Assembly: GCA_047404175.1 (NCBI GenBank) | Contig: JBDOIW010000021.1 | Span: 2,018-66,017, forward strand | Direction of reading: 5' to 3' | DNA length: 64,000 nucleotides | Origin: Legionellales bacterium | GTDB taxonomy: Bacteria; Pseudomonadota; Gammaproteobacteria; M30B25 | Shown here: piece by piece, positions 53,083 to 62,365 of the stretch | Position numbering within the stretch: the stretch's first letter is position 1 | Layout of the letters: each line of letters opens with the position of its first letter | Program-made: the position numbers and the translations under genes | Notes under the pieces: generated by a model | The model's input: the letters and a program-made list of their open reading frames with translations, nothing else | Database searches by the model: none | What the model was told of the DNA's origin: nothing

Positions 53083-53520
53083 ATGGGTTTTACTGATTTT
53101 TTAATAGCTTATTGGTATGCGGTCGCAGCTCTTGTGCTTTGCTTTTTTGGTGTTGTATGGACTCATCGTGATTTTACTTCAAGTGTTACTCTGAGCTTAT
53201 CTATAGAACAGTTAGTCCATCAGGTAAATCGAGGCCATGCAGTTGTGGTTGATATCCGCTCAAAAGAGGTTTACGATGCTGGAACAATTGCTGGAGCTAT
53301 CTCTTGTCCGGAGGCTGCTTGCCAAGGATTTGCAGCAGTCCCTAAAAAAGAAGTAGATACAAAGTCCATCATTTATGTATGTGAGAGTGGTGCTCGCGCC
53401 AAGCGTCTTGCTGCTCAGGACTCTAAGCAAACGAATAGACAGTGCCATCATTATCTTGAGGGAGGTCTACAGGCTTGGAAGAAAGCTAATATGCCGATCA
53501 AAACGACAGGAGAATCATAA
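53083..53520 (+). CDS. Membrane-anchored rhodanese-domain protein (YibN-like)
   Basis: N-terminal TM helix. Rhodanese active-site loop YVCESGARA. Placed immediately before grxC-secB-gpsA, as in E. coli. Confidence 0.8.
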   Translation: MGFTDFLIAYWYAVAALVLCFFGVVWTHRDFTSSVTLSLSIEQLVHQVNRGHAVVVDIRSKEVYDAGTIAGAISCPEAACQGFAAVPKKEVDTKSIIYVCESGARAKRLAAQDSKQTNRQCHHYLEGGLQAWKKANMPIKTTGES

Positions 53521-53521
53521 C

Positions 53522-53788
53522 ATGGCTCATATAGAAGTTTATACCTCATCCCATTGTCCTTATTGTGACAAAGCAAAGATGCTTCTAAAACACAAAGGCG
53601 TCACCTGGGATGAAATCCGAGTAGATCAAGATGCCCAGGCAAAAGAGTTAATGCTCGCAAGGGCAGAAGGCCGTCGTACAGTGCCTCAAATTTTTATTAA
53701 TGGCAAAGGGATTGGCGGTTGTGATGATCTCTATGCCTTAGAGCAAGCTGGAGAGTTAGATGCTCTGCTTGCAGCACATTCATCATAA
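53522..53788 (+). CDS. grxC: Glutaredoxin 3 (88 aa; the track ORF 53375-53788 carries a spurious 5' extension)
   Basis: MAHIEVYTSSHCPYCDKAKMLLKHKGV...RRTVPQIFINGKGIGGCDDL matches Grx3. AGGAGA Shine-Dalgarno before 53522. Confidence 0.92.
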   Translation: MAHIEVYTSSHCPYCDKAKMLLKHKGVTWDEIRVDQDAQAKELMLARAEGRRTVPQIFINGKGIGGCDDLYALEQAGELDALLAAHSS

Positions 53789-53803
53789 ACTAAGGAATTA
53801 TTC

Positions 53804-54274
53804 ATGACTGAAAAACAACAAGAAAACAATGAGAAAGGCTTTGCCATACAGCGTATTTATACAAAAGATATGTCGTTTGAGTCCCCTTTGGCGCCTAAGG
53901 TTTTTGTCCAAGACTATAAGCCAGAAATTTCTGTAGATATTCAAACAAAGCATGAGCTACTTGACGATACTCACACTGATGTAGTGATTAGTGTGACTGT
54001 CACAGCTAAGTACGAAAACCAAACGGTATTTTTAGCAGAGGTGCATCAAGGTGGTATTTTTGCTTTACAGGGATTTAGTGATCAAGAAAAAGTGCCTGTT
54101 TTGTCAGTTGCCTGTCCGAACATTCTGTTCCCTTATGCAAGAGAATCTATCTCTACTTTGATTCATAAAGGTGGCTTTCCTCCCATTTATTTAGCTCCAG
54201 TTGATTTTGAAAGCTTATTTGCAAAGAAGGTTGAAGAGTTGCAAAAACAATCTCAAGACGAGACTACCCACTAG
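53804..54274 (+). CDS. secB: Protein-export chaperone SecB
   Basis: 156 aa. FAIQRIYTKDMSFESP...FLAEVHQGGIFALQGF...CPNILFPYARE matches SecB. Confidence 0.92.
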   Translation: MTEKQQENNEKGFAIQRIYTKDMSFESPLAPKVFVQDYKPEISVDIQTKHELLDDTHTDVVISVTVTAKYENQTVFLAEVHQGGIFALQGFSDQEKVPVLSVACPNILFPYARESISTLIHKGGFPPIYLAPVDFESLFAKKVEELQKQSQDETTH

Positions 54275-54284
54275 GAGTAAGCGT

Positions 54285-55265
54285 ATGAAGGCTAAGGTTG
54301 CGGTGCTTGGGTCGGGTTCTTGGGGTACTGCCTTGGCCATTCTGCTTGCGCGTAATGGCGTTCCAACTCTTCTGTGGGGCAGAGAGGCGCCGGATCTCAT
54401 TGATGATCGTGAAAATAAGACGTTTTTGCCAGGCATTATATTTCCTGATGCACTTAAGGTTGTGACTTCATTCGATGAGGCAGTGACGCAAGCTGAAGAA
54501 ATTCTCATTGCTGTGCCAAGTGCTGCATTTTCAAGTATACTTGATGCTATCGCAAAAGTTCGCCAGCTTGAACGTGTGGCATGGGCGACAAAAGGCCTAG
54601 ATCATGGAAGCTCTCGTTTGTTGTCAGAGTTGGTAGTAGAAGCTTTTCCCTCCATGCAGGCAATGGCACTGATTTCCGGACCCTCATTTGCCAAAGAAGT
54701 TGCTGAAGGTGTCCCTAGTGCACTGACAGTTGCTTCTACTCAGTCTAAACAGGCATCCTCGTGGTGCGAAATGCTATGTGCTGATGATTTCCAAGCAGTG
54801 CCGAGTGACGACATTATTGGGGTTCAGATTGCCTCTGCTGTAAAAAATGTTATTGCCATAGCTTCTGGCATTATTGACGGAATGGGGCATGGAGCCAACA
54901 CTCGATGCGCTCTAATTACCCAGGGTCTTACAGAGATGAAAGCCTTAGCCATAGCTTTGGGTGCGAAAGAGGCAACGTTTATGTCTTTGGCTGGTATTGG
55001 TGACTTGATGCTCACAGCAACAGATGATCAGTCGCGCAATCGACGTTTTGGTTTGGCTCTAGGGCGAGGGCAGCTCGCCGATGAAGCTGAAGCTGAAATT
55101 CGCCAGGTGGTTGAGGGTCGTGAAACTTGCCTTCATGTTGCTGAATTGGCCAAAAGGCATCAGGTCTCTATGCCTATCGTTGAGACTTTAGATCAGTTGT
55201 TTAAGGGCCAGAGGGTGCTTGCTGACTTTTCACCTTTGTGGTTCATGCCTTCTGTCAATTATTAA
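54285..55265 (+). CDS. gpsA: NAD(P)H-dependent glycerol-3-phosphate dehydrogenase. Start at ATG 54285 (MKAKVAVLGSGSWGTA...), preceded by an AGGAG Shine-Dalgarno.
   Basis: N-terminal Rossmann fold GSGSWGTALA plus GpsA core motifs. The track ORF start at 54201 would overlap secB. Confidence 0.92.
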   Translation: MKAKVAVLGSGSWGTALAILLARNGVPTLLWGREAPDLIDDRENKTFLPGIIFPDALKVVTSFDEAVTQAEEILIAVPSAAFSSILDAIAKVRQLERVAWATKGLDHGSSRLLSELVVEAFPSMQAMALISGPSFAKEVAEGVPSALTVASTQSKQASSWCEMLCADDFQAVPSDDIIGVQIASAVKNVIAIASGIIDGMGHGANTRCALITQGLTEMKALAIALGAKEATFMSLAGIGDLMLTATDDQSRNRRFGLALGRGQLADEAEAEIRQVVEGRETCLHVAELAKRHQVSMPIVETLDQLFKGQRVLADFSPLWFMPSVNY

Positions 55266-55284
55266 GGCGAGGAGTGCCTTTATC

Positions 55285-55761
55285 CTATGGCGTTCGGCCT
55301 GTAAAATTCATTTGTCTCCATGCCTCATAGGCCACAATGCTCGCTGCATTTGAAAGGTTGAGGCTGCGATTGTTAGGACACATAGGGATTTTAATTACTT
55401 GGTCTGGAGGAAAGCTTTCTCGAATTTCTTGAGGTAGACCTCGTGTTTCAGGGCCAAAAAGAAGAATGTCGTTTTGTTGATAATGAGCTTGGTGATAGTC
55501 TGTGCGCCCTTTGGTTGAAATAGGCCAAACTTTCTTTCCCGTGGTGTGCTCAAGAAATTCTTCATAATTATTGTGATGCTGAATGCTGGCCCAGTCATGA
55601 TAGTCAAGCCCTGCTCTCTGCAGTTGTTTGTCACTTGGGTTAAAGCCGAGTGGATGAATGAGATGCAGTTTTGCGCCACAGTTAGCTGCAAGACGGATAA
55701 TATTGCCAGTGTTGGGTGGGATTTCTGGTTGGTACAAGGCTATTTCAATCATAGTGATCAC
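55285..55761 (-). CDS. trmL: tRNA (cytidine/uridine-2'-O)-methyltransferase TrmL (SpoU family)
   Basis: IALYQPEIPPNTGNIIRLAANCGAKLHLI...LLFGPETRGLP...NLSNAASIVAYEA matches the TrmL/YibK signature. Confidence 0.9.
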   Translation of the reverse strand: MITMIEIALYQPEIPPNTGNIIRLAANCGAKLHLIHPLGFNPSDKQLQRAGLDYHDWASIQHHNNYEEFLEHTTGKKVWPISTKGRTDYHQAHYQQNDILLFGPETRGLPQEIRESFPPDQVIKIPMCPNNRSLNLSNAASIVAYEAWRQMNFTGRTP

Positions 55762-55781
55762 GGTGTTTTTTGTGCATGATC

Positions 55782-56678
55782 TTAGCGGCTTTTCATTCGG
55801 TAAGCAAGGCTATAAGTATGAGGTCGCTGTGTATGCTTACTTAGATCAATATATTCTTCAGAGTCTAGATCATCTAGAAGCTCTATGTCGTCTAAAAATT
55901 CCATATCTTCCATGAGTTTAAGGTCTTCATCAATGCTGTCATCAGGCTCATCTTGTGTTGCTGGATCTGCTTGAAGCGCCTTCATTTTTGCACTTCTATT
56001 TTGCAGGTAGGCATCTTTGACAAAAACATAAGGGTCAAATGCATCTCTAATGAGTTTGTCTGTAGGAAGTAATGTACTTCTGAAGTTCACGAGTTCAACA
56101 GAGGTGCTTATAGTGCGAGTACTTGTTTGGTCAACATAGCTAGTAGGGGAAAAAGTATACATAGCAAACGGAAGAGCAAGTGCTTGGTTGCTGGTTTGGG
56201 GGCCAAAAAGTGGCAGCATAATAAATTCAGAGCTTGTTGCGCCATAGGCTGTTAATGTTGTACCAAGGTCTGCATCCTTCGTTTCAATATTCAATGCAAA
56301 AGCCTGATTAGCGTCAAAGAGGCCAGCGATTCCTAATGTGGCATTGGAGGCAAATACTGCGCCATTTTTCATTGCTTGACCAATATCTGCTTGTAATAAA
56401 TTGTTAGCAATACTTGGCAATAAACTTATATTTTTAAAAAAGAGCGTCACATGTTTTTGAACTTTATGAGGAACAACGGCATCATAAGCTCTTGCTACGG
56501 GTCGAATCAAAGCTTTATCCAGCTTGTCATTGGCTTTATACATAGTGCGATTAAACGATTCATACGGATCGTCAGGATTGGGTGTTTCAACGTGAGTGCA
56601 CGCTGATACTAAACTTATCATCAGTGCGAGAGTAAGCAGCTTTGCCTTGAGTTGCATGGTCGCATCCTTGTGTTCCAT
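55782..56678 (-). CDS. mlaA: Phospholipid-transport lipoprotein MlaA/VacJ with an acidic ~45-aa C-terminal extension
   Basis: Lipobox LVSAC. Collinear with MlaA (NRTMYKANDKLDKALIRPVARAY...). Likely start at M8 (MQLKAKLL). Confidence 0.85.
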   Translation of the reverse strand: MEHKDATMQLKAKLLTLALMISLVSACTHVETPNPDDPYESFNRTMYKANDKLDKALIRPVARAYDAVVPHKVQKHVTLFFKNISLLPSIANNLLQADIGQAMKNGAVFASNATLGIAGLFDANQAFALNIETKDADLGTTLTAYGATSSEFIMLPLFGPQTSNQALALPFAMYTFSPTSYVDQTSTRTISTSVELVNFRSTLLPTDKLIRDAFDPYVFVKDAYLQNRSAKMKALQADPATQDEPDDSIDEDLKLMEDMEFLDDIELLDDLDSEEYIDLSKHTQRPHTYSLAYRMKSR

Positions 56679-56786
56679 CTTACTACTATATAGAAAAATT
56701 TAAGTAATTGCATCCATAAAATCAGCCGTGTTCTAAATATAAAAAAATAGTCTATCATTATGTTTTAATGATTATTTTTATGCCCT

Positions 56787-57221
56787 GTGAAGCGAATACA
56801 GCACTATGAGACAGCACAGCATGCTTGGTATGACTTAGTCAAAAGTCATAGCCAGCTTCCTGAGTCAATTGAGAGTTATTTAACCTTTGCATTGGCGCGT
56901 CATGTTCGCCATGATTATGGTGGTCATGTTTTGGCACTGGAGTGGCTTGATATGCAAGCAATGCCTGGTCAGTATCAGTTAGAACATCTTCGCGATTTTG
57001 CTGATACCTGCTTAATATTATCAGGATTATTTCCTGATTATGTGAGATGCCGTCATGTCTCTGTTAATTATTGTCAATCCTTTGGGCGCATGGCTTTCTC
57101 TCGTTTGGCATCTCTTTATGCCAGTCAATCCCGAGAAGGCCAGGCTGAACTTTATGCCTTGCTAGAACAGGAGTTTCTTTCTATGGTAAAAGTGATGCAA
57201 GCTATTCGGGACATTGGCTAG
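56787..57221 (+). CDS. Hypothetical protein (144 aa, GTG start), no family recognised
   Basis: ORF only. Confidence 0.4.
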   Translation: MKRIQHYETAQHAWYDLVKSHSQLPESIESYLTFALARHVRHDYGGHVLALEWLDMQAMPGQYQLEHLRDFADTCLILSGLFPDYVRCRHVSVNYCQSFGRMAFSRLASLYASQSREGQAELYALLEQEFLSMVKVMQAIRDIG

Positions 57222-57261
57222 TGCGCTATCTCGCTATTGTTACCCATTTTTGTTATGATCA

Positions 57262-57912
57262 ATGTACGTAAAGTTAAGTGATGCTAGTGTGGTTAAGAAA
57301 GGAAAGGCTTGGTATCAAAGGCATATTAATGATCCGTATGTGAAGGAAGCTCAGGCAAAGGGGTATCGATCACGTGCTGTATTTAAATTAATGGAACTAC
57401 AGAAAAACCATCATTTTTTAAAGCCTGGCCAGATTGTTGTTGATTTAGGGGCTGCTCCTGGCGGGTGGTCCGCTTTTGCGGCACAATCAGTACAGCCTGG
57501 TGGCCAGGTGATTGCCATCGACTTACTGCCTATGGACCCTATTGATTCTGTAGCATTTATCCAAGCAGATTTTGCCAGCCCTGAAGGCTTTGAGCAATTG
57601 ACTACCTTGTTGCCGACACCAAAAGTAGATGGGGTCATTAGTGATATGGCTCCTAATTTATCAGGCATTGCTATTTCTGATCAGCTTCGCTCTATACAAC
57701 TTGCTGCCGCTGCCTTTGAATTTGCTCAGCGGCATGTACAGCCAGAGGGCTATTTTGTGACTAAACTCTTTCAAGGACAGGGTTTTGATGCTTTTGTAAA
57801 GGAGTTACGTCAAGTATTCAAAAAAGTACAAATTATCAAGCCTGATGCTTCACGAAATAATTCTCGTGAGGTTTATTTGTTTGCGAGATCATTTCGCGCT
57901 ATACTCGATTAA
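57262..57912 (+). CDS. rlmE: 23S rRNA (uridine2552-2'-O)-methyltransferase RlmE/FtsJ
   Basis: YRSRAVFKLMELQ...VVDLGAAPGGWS...DLLPMDPI...SDMAPN...KLFQGQGFD...KPDASRNNSREVY matches E. coli RlmE. Confidence 0.95.
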   Translation: MYVKLSDASVVKKGKAWYQRHINDPYVKEAQAKGYRSRAVFKLMELQKNHHFLKPGQIVVDLGAAPGGWSAFAAQSVQPGGQVIAIDLLPMDPIDSVAFIQADFASPEGFEQLTTLLPTPKVDGVISDMAPNLSGIAISDQLRSIQLAAAAFEFAQRHVQPEGYFVTKLFQGQGFDAFVKELRQVFKKVQIIKPDASRNNSREVYLFARSFRAILD

Positions 57913-57945
57913 TGTTGTTTTGTTTCAGATCAAGGAGCTTTACCC

Positions 57946-59892
57946 ATGAAAAATACAATGCCAAATCCTAGCAATGAAGGGTTCTTTAAGAATTTATTCG
58001 TTTGGCTCATTGTTTTATTTGTTTTACTTTCTGTGGTGAATAGCTTTGGCCCTCATAAAGGCCGCTCTCAAGAGATGTCTTATTCATCTTTTGTAAAAGC
58101 TGTTCATGACAACGAAATTGCTGAAGTCGCTATTGACGGACGAGAAGTTCGAGGTACCACAACGGCGAATAATCCATTTGTAACTTATATGCCTATGGAG
58201 CAAGATCAGCTATTACTTAACGACCTGATTAAGCAATCCGTTAAGATTGAGGGCAAAAAACCAGATGATCATCTACTCATGAGGATGTTTATCAGCTGGT
58301 TCCCTATGATACTACTTTTTGGCATCATGTTTTACCTCTTCCGTCAAATGCAAGGCGGTGGTGGGCGTGGTGGCCCCATGAGTTTTGGTCGAAGCCGAGC
58401 AAAAATGTTCAGTGATGGCCAGATTAGTGTTTCTTTTGATGATGTTGCTGGGATTGAAGAAGCCAAGGAAGAAGTGCAAGAAGTCGTTGAGTTTCTTAAA
58501 GACCCTACTAGATTTCATAAGTTAGGTGGAAAGATTCCTTGCGGTGTCTTACTTGTTGGTCCTCCTGGGTCAGGTAAAACCTTGTTGGCAAAGGCGTGCG
58601 CAGGAGAGGCGAAGGTTGACTTCTTTAGTATCTCTGGATCTGATTTTGTCGAGATGTTCGTTGGGGTGGGTGCCTCAAGGGTACGTGATATGTTTGAGCA
58701 GGCTAAGAAACAGGCTCCTTGTATTATCTTCATCGATGAGCTTGATGCAGTTGGTCGTCACCGTGGCGCAGGTTTAGGCGGTGGACATGATGAGCGTGAA
58801 CAGACACTCAACCAGATGCTAGTTGAAATGGATGGTTTTGAAGGTAAAGAAAATATTATCGTTATGGCCGCTACCAATAGGCCTGACGTTCTAGATCCGG
58901 CATTGTTGCGCCCAGGCCGTTTTGATCGCCAAGTTGTTGTACCTTTGCCCGATGTACGTGGTCGTGAGCATATCCTTGAGGTTCATATGAAAAAAGTCCC
59001 TCTTGCTAAAGATGTCAATGTAAAGCGTTTAGCTCGCTCGACACCAGGTTTTTCGGGGGCGCAGCTTGCTAATTTAGTAAATGAAGCTGCTCTATTTGCT
59101 GCAAAGGGCAATAAAAAACTTGTCGGTATGCTTGATATGGAGAAAGCAAAGGACAAAATTATGATGGGTGCAGAGCGCCGTTCTATGGTGATGAAGGATG
59201 AGGAAAAGGAGCAAACTGCTTATCATGAGGCAGGGCATGCCATTGTAGGTTTGCAGTCTCCAGATCATGACCCTGTTTATAAAGTAACTATTATCCCTCG
59301 AGGACGTGCTTTGGGTGTGACTATGTTTGTTCCTGATGAAGATCGCTATAGTTATAGCTTTAGACGTCTTGAGAGTCAGTTGGCGAGTCTTTTTGGAGGT
59401 CGTATCGCTGAGAAAATTATTTATGGTGAAGAAAATGTCACAACAGGTGCCTCTAATGATATAGAGCGTGCGACAGAAATTGCTCGCAATATGGTCACTA
59501 AATGGGGATTCTCAGGAAAGCTTGGACCTTTATGTTATGGTGAAGAAGAAGGCGAAGTCTTTTTGGGGCGAAGTGTCACTTCTCGTAAAGAAGTTTCTGA
59601 CACAACTGCACATATGATTGATGAAGAGGTCAAAGCCATTATCGATCGTAATTATGCTCGAGCTGAGGCCATCCTTAATGCTCATATGCCTATTTTGCAT
59701 AATATGGCTGAGGCCTTAATGCAATACGAGACAATTGACACCGATCAGATTGATGAACTCATGCAAGGTAAAAAAGCCTCTCCTCCTTCTGACTGGGACG
59801 ATAACAGTACATCAAGTTCAGACTCAACGCCCCCGCCTTCAGCAAAACAAGAAGTGGACGAGGATCTTGATGGGCTTGGTGATCCTGCTTAA
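57946..59892 (+). CDS. ftsH: ATP-dependent zinc metalloprotease FtsH
   Basis: Two N-terminal TM helices. AAA Walker [17 protein letters not shown] region. HEAGH zinc site. Confidence 0.97.
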   Translation: MKNTMPNPSNEGFFKNLFVWLIVLFVLLSVVNSFGPHKGRSQEMSYSSFVKAVHDNEIAEVAIDGREVRGTTTANNPFVTYMPMEQDQLLLNDLIKQSVKIEGKKPDDHLLMRMFISWFPMILLFGIMFYLFRQMQGGGGRGGPMSFGRSRAKMFSDGQISVSFDDVAGIEEAKEEVQEVVEFLKDPTRFHKLGGKIPCGVLLVGPPGSGKTLLAKACAGEAKVDFFSISGSDFVEMFVGVGASRVRDMFEQAKKQAPCIIFIDELDAVGRHRGAGLGGGHDEREQTLNQMLVEMDGFEGKENIIVMAATNRPDVLDPALLRPGRFDRQVVVPLPDVRGREHILEVHMKKVPLAKDVNVKRLARSTPGFSGAQLANLVNEAALFAAKGNKKLVGMLDMEKAKDKIMMGAERRSMVMKDEEKEQTAYHEAGHAIVGLQSPDHDPVYKVTIIPRGRALGVTMFVPDEDRYSYSFRRLESQLASLFGGRIAEKIIYGEENVTTGASNDIERATEIARNMVTKWGFSGKLGPLCYGEEEGEVFLGRSVTSRKEVSDTTAHMIDEEVKAIIDRNYARAEAILNAHMPILHNMAEALMQYETIDTDQIDELMQGKKASPPSDWDDNSTSSSDSTPPPSAKQEVDEDLDGLGDPA

Positions 59893-60026
59893 GTTGAGTC
59901 ACGAGTTTACGAAAGAGTAAGAAAGTAGCAAATTGCCGTCACTTCAATTCCTTGCTCAAACTGGTGTCGACATAACATGTGGTTTTGATTACTCCACTAA
60001 TAGTGCTTATGTAGTAAGAGGTTCTA

Positions 60027-60872
60027 GTGAAGTCTGCAATAAATGATTCCTCAAATAAAATTAGACCCATAGCTGGTGTGATGGGGATTCTTAATCTAAC
60101 AGATGACTCATTTTCTGATGGAGGCTTATATGTGTCTCCAGATCAAGCTTTGGCCCGCGCTCAAGACATGGTAAGTGAGGGGGCTAGCATTGTTGATGTG
60201 GGTGCAGAGTCAACACGCCCTGGCGCCAGATCGATTCCTTTAGAGCAAGAGTGGGCGCGTCTTGAGCCTGTGCTTGAAAAACTGGTTTTGCTCGATGATG
60301 TGATTATTTCAGTTGATACGCAAAAAACAGAAATTATGCGTCGCTCCCTAGCTTTGGGGGTTGGTATGATTAATTCTGTTAATGCTCTTGGTGATGAGGG
60401 CGCTATGAGTCTCATTGCGAATTCAAATGCCTTAGTATGCTTAATGCATATGTACAAAACCCCGAAAACCATGCAGAAAAGACCTCTAGACGGAGAAGAA
60501 GGGCTATCGATCATAATACGTTCACTAGAGCAGTCGGTGCAAAGGTCCTTGCAGGCAGCTATTCAGCCTGAGCAGATCATTCTTGACCCTGGTTTTGGTT
60601 TTGGTAAAAGTCCTCAGTTGAATTGGATGCTAATATCACGAATACAAGAGCTGCGGGCTTTGGGCTATCCATTACTGCTAGGAGCTTCGCGCAAAAGTAG
60701 CTTAGGATTAGTGACTGGTAAAGGAGTTGATGATAGACTTAGCGCAAGTGTTGCCGTTGCAGCCATTGCTGTATCCATGGGGTATGATATTATTCGTGCT
60801 CATGATGTTGTGGAAACTTATGACGCATGTTGTATTGCTCATGCAATTGGTTCAAATAAACAGGGGGATTGA
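60027..60872 (+). CDS. folP: Dihydropteroate synthase (GTG start with AAGAGG Shine-Dalgarno)
   Basis: VMGILNLTDDSFSDGG...IVDVGAESTRPGA matches FolP. Canonical position after ftsH. Confidence 0.92.
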   Translation: MKSAINDSSNKIRPIAGVMGILNLTDDSFSDGGLYVSPDQALARAQDMVSEGASIVDVGAESTRPGARSIPLEQEWARLEPVLEKLVLLDDVIISVDTQKTEIMRRSLALGVGMINSVNALGDEGAMSLIANSNALVCLMHMYKTPKTMQKRPLDGEEGLSIIIRSLEQSVQRSLQAAIQPEQIILDPGFGFGKSPQLNWMLISRIQELRALGYPLLLGASRKSSLGLVTGKGVDDRLSASVAVAAIAVSMGYDIIRAHDVVETYDACCIAHAIGSNKQGD

Positions 60873-62224
60873 TGACTCAAAACCATAAACGATTTGGAAC
60901 AGATGGTATTCGTGGACGAGTGGGTTCTGACGTGATTACTCCTAATTTTGTCATGCACTTGGGTTGGGCCATTGGACGAGTAATGGGCCGGTCTGGTGAT
61001 GCAGTAGTCGTTGGCAAGGATACACGGCTCTCTGGCTATATGCTGGAGTCCGCCCTAGAGGCAGGCTTGGCTGCAGCAGGTTTGCATGTGAAGCTATTAG
61101 GACCTCTTTCAACCCCAGGGATTGCCTTTATGACACAAACCTTGCGAGCTTGTGCAGGGATTGTCATTAGTGCTTCTCATAATGCCTTTGAAGATAATGG
61201 CATTAAAATCTTTTCAGCAGAAGGTGGTAAAATCTCTCCGGCACAAGAGCTAGCCATAGAGAAAATGCTCAATACACCCATGAGTTGTGTAGATTCGGCG
61301 TCTATTGGCCGTGCTTTTCGAATTGATGATGCAGAGGGGAGGTATCTTGAATTTTGTAAGCAGACTTTGCCCAAAGCCTTTCGGTGTGATGATTTGCGTC
61401 TTGTTGTTGATTGTGCCAATGGCGCTAACTACAAAGTTGCCCCTCAGTTATTTCGTGAGTTGGGTGCAGAGGTGATTGTCCTTTCAGCAAGTCCTGATGG
61501 GATTAATATCAATGAGTCTTGTGGGTCAACTAAACCACAGGCGCTTCAGCAAGCAGTTCTTAAGCATCAGGCACATTGTGGTATCGCATATGATGGTGAT
61601 GGCGACCGTGTGATTATGGTCGATGAAGAAGGGGCAGTTGTCGATGGAGATGAGATTCTTTATCTTCTTGTCACAGCGGCCTTGGCGCGAGGTGAACAAG
61701 TGCCAGGTGTTGTGGGTACACATATGAGTAATCAGGGTGTGGTGAATGCTTTTGCAAAAAAGAACATAGCCTTCGAACGCGTTGATGTGGGTGATAAGTA
61801 TGTGCTCGCTAGTTTAAGTGATAGAGCTTGGGTTTATGGTGGAGAGCCCTCTGGACATATTATTGATCTTAATAAAGCAACAACAGGTGATGGTATTGTT
61901 GCGTCACTTGGTGTTGTGCGTGCAATGCAGGAAAGTGGTTGTGCTCTAGGTGAGTTAAGGCGCGAATGCCAGAAGATGCCACAAATCATGAGGAGTATAC
62001 CCGTCCCTGAGCATTTAGATGTGGAAGCACTAGATCAGAAGATTATAGAAATCACACAGGAGGTTTCGCAATCACTGCAAGATAAAGGACGAGTATTGAT
62101 TCGTCGTTCAGGCACAGAGCCGGTTATTCGTCTTATGGTTGAGGGTGATAGTTCCATTTGTATTCATAGTCTTCTGGAGCAAATGCTGTGCTCTTTTTCA
62201 GCTGATATCTCAAGTACTGCCTGA
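60869..62224 (+). CDS. glmM: Phosphoglucosamine mutase
   Basis: FGTDGIRGRVG...active-site ISASHNAFEDNGIKIF...GDGDRV matches GlmM. ATGA overlap with folP. Confidence 0.95.
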   Translation: MMTQNHKRFGTDGIRGRVGSDVITPNFVMHLGWAIGRVMGRSGDAVVVGKDTRLSGYMLESALEAGLAAAGLHVKLLGPLSTPGIAFMTQTLRACAGIVISASHNAFEDNGIKIFSAEGGKISPAQELAIEKMLNTPMSCVDSASIGRAFRIDDAEGRYLEFCKQTLPKAFRCDDLRLVVDCANGANYKVAPQLFRELGAEVIVLSASPDGININESCGSTKPQALQQAVLKHQAHCGIAYDGDGDRVIMVDEEGAVVDGDEILYLLVTAALARGEQVPGVVGTHMSNQGVVNAFAKKNIAFERVDVGDKYVLASLSDRAWVYGGEPSGHIIDLNKATTGDGIVASLGVVRAMQESGCALGELRRECQKMPQIMRSIPVPEHLDVEALDQKIIEITQEVSQSLQDKGRVLIRRSGTEPVIRLMVEGDSSICIHSLLEQMLCSFSADISSTA

Positions 62225-62365
62225 GAAAAAACTTGCATTTGTGCTTGCTATATCCTAAGATCAAAAAGTTGTATTTAAGGGCATAATAATAACAACAACA
62301 AAAGTCCTATCATCTTTGAGGCCCCTTTTGTTGCATTGACACACAAGTGTGTGGGGAGAAAATCT

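Noticed and set aside
53375-53521. N-terminal 49 codons of track ORF 53375-53788
   Set aside because: These overlap the rhodanese gene 3' end in another frame. Grx3 homology begins exactly at the ATG at 53522, which has an AGGAGA Shine-Dalgarno. The same reasoning was applied to gpsA (54201 to 54285), dusB (31217 to 31286), rpoA (10463 to 10499) and rpmD (6691 to 6730).
62225-62340. Possible terminator after glmM (GAGGCCCCTTTT)
   Set aside because: Only a 4-bp GGCC palindrome with a short T-run. This is too weak to call.
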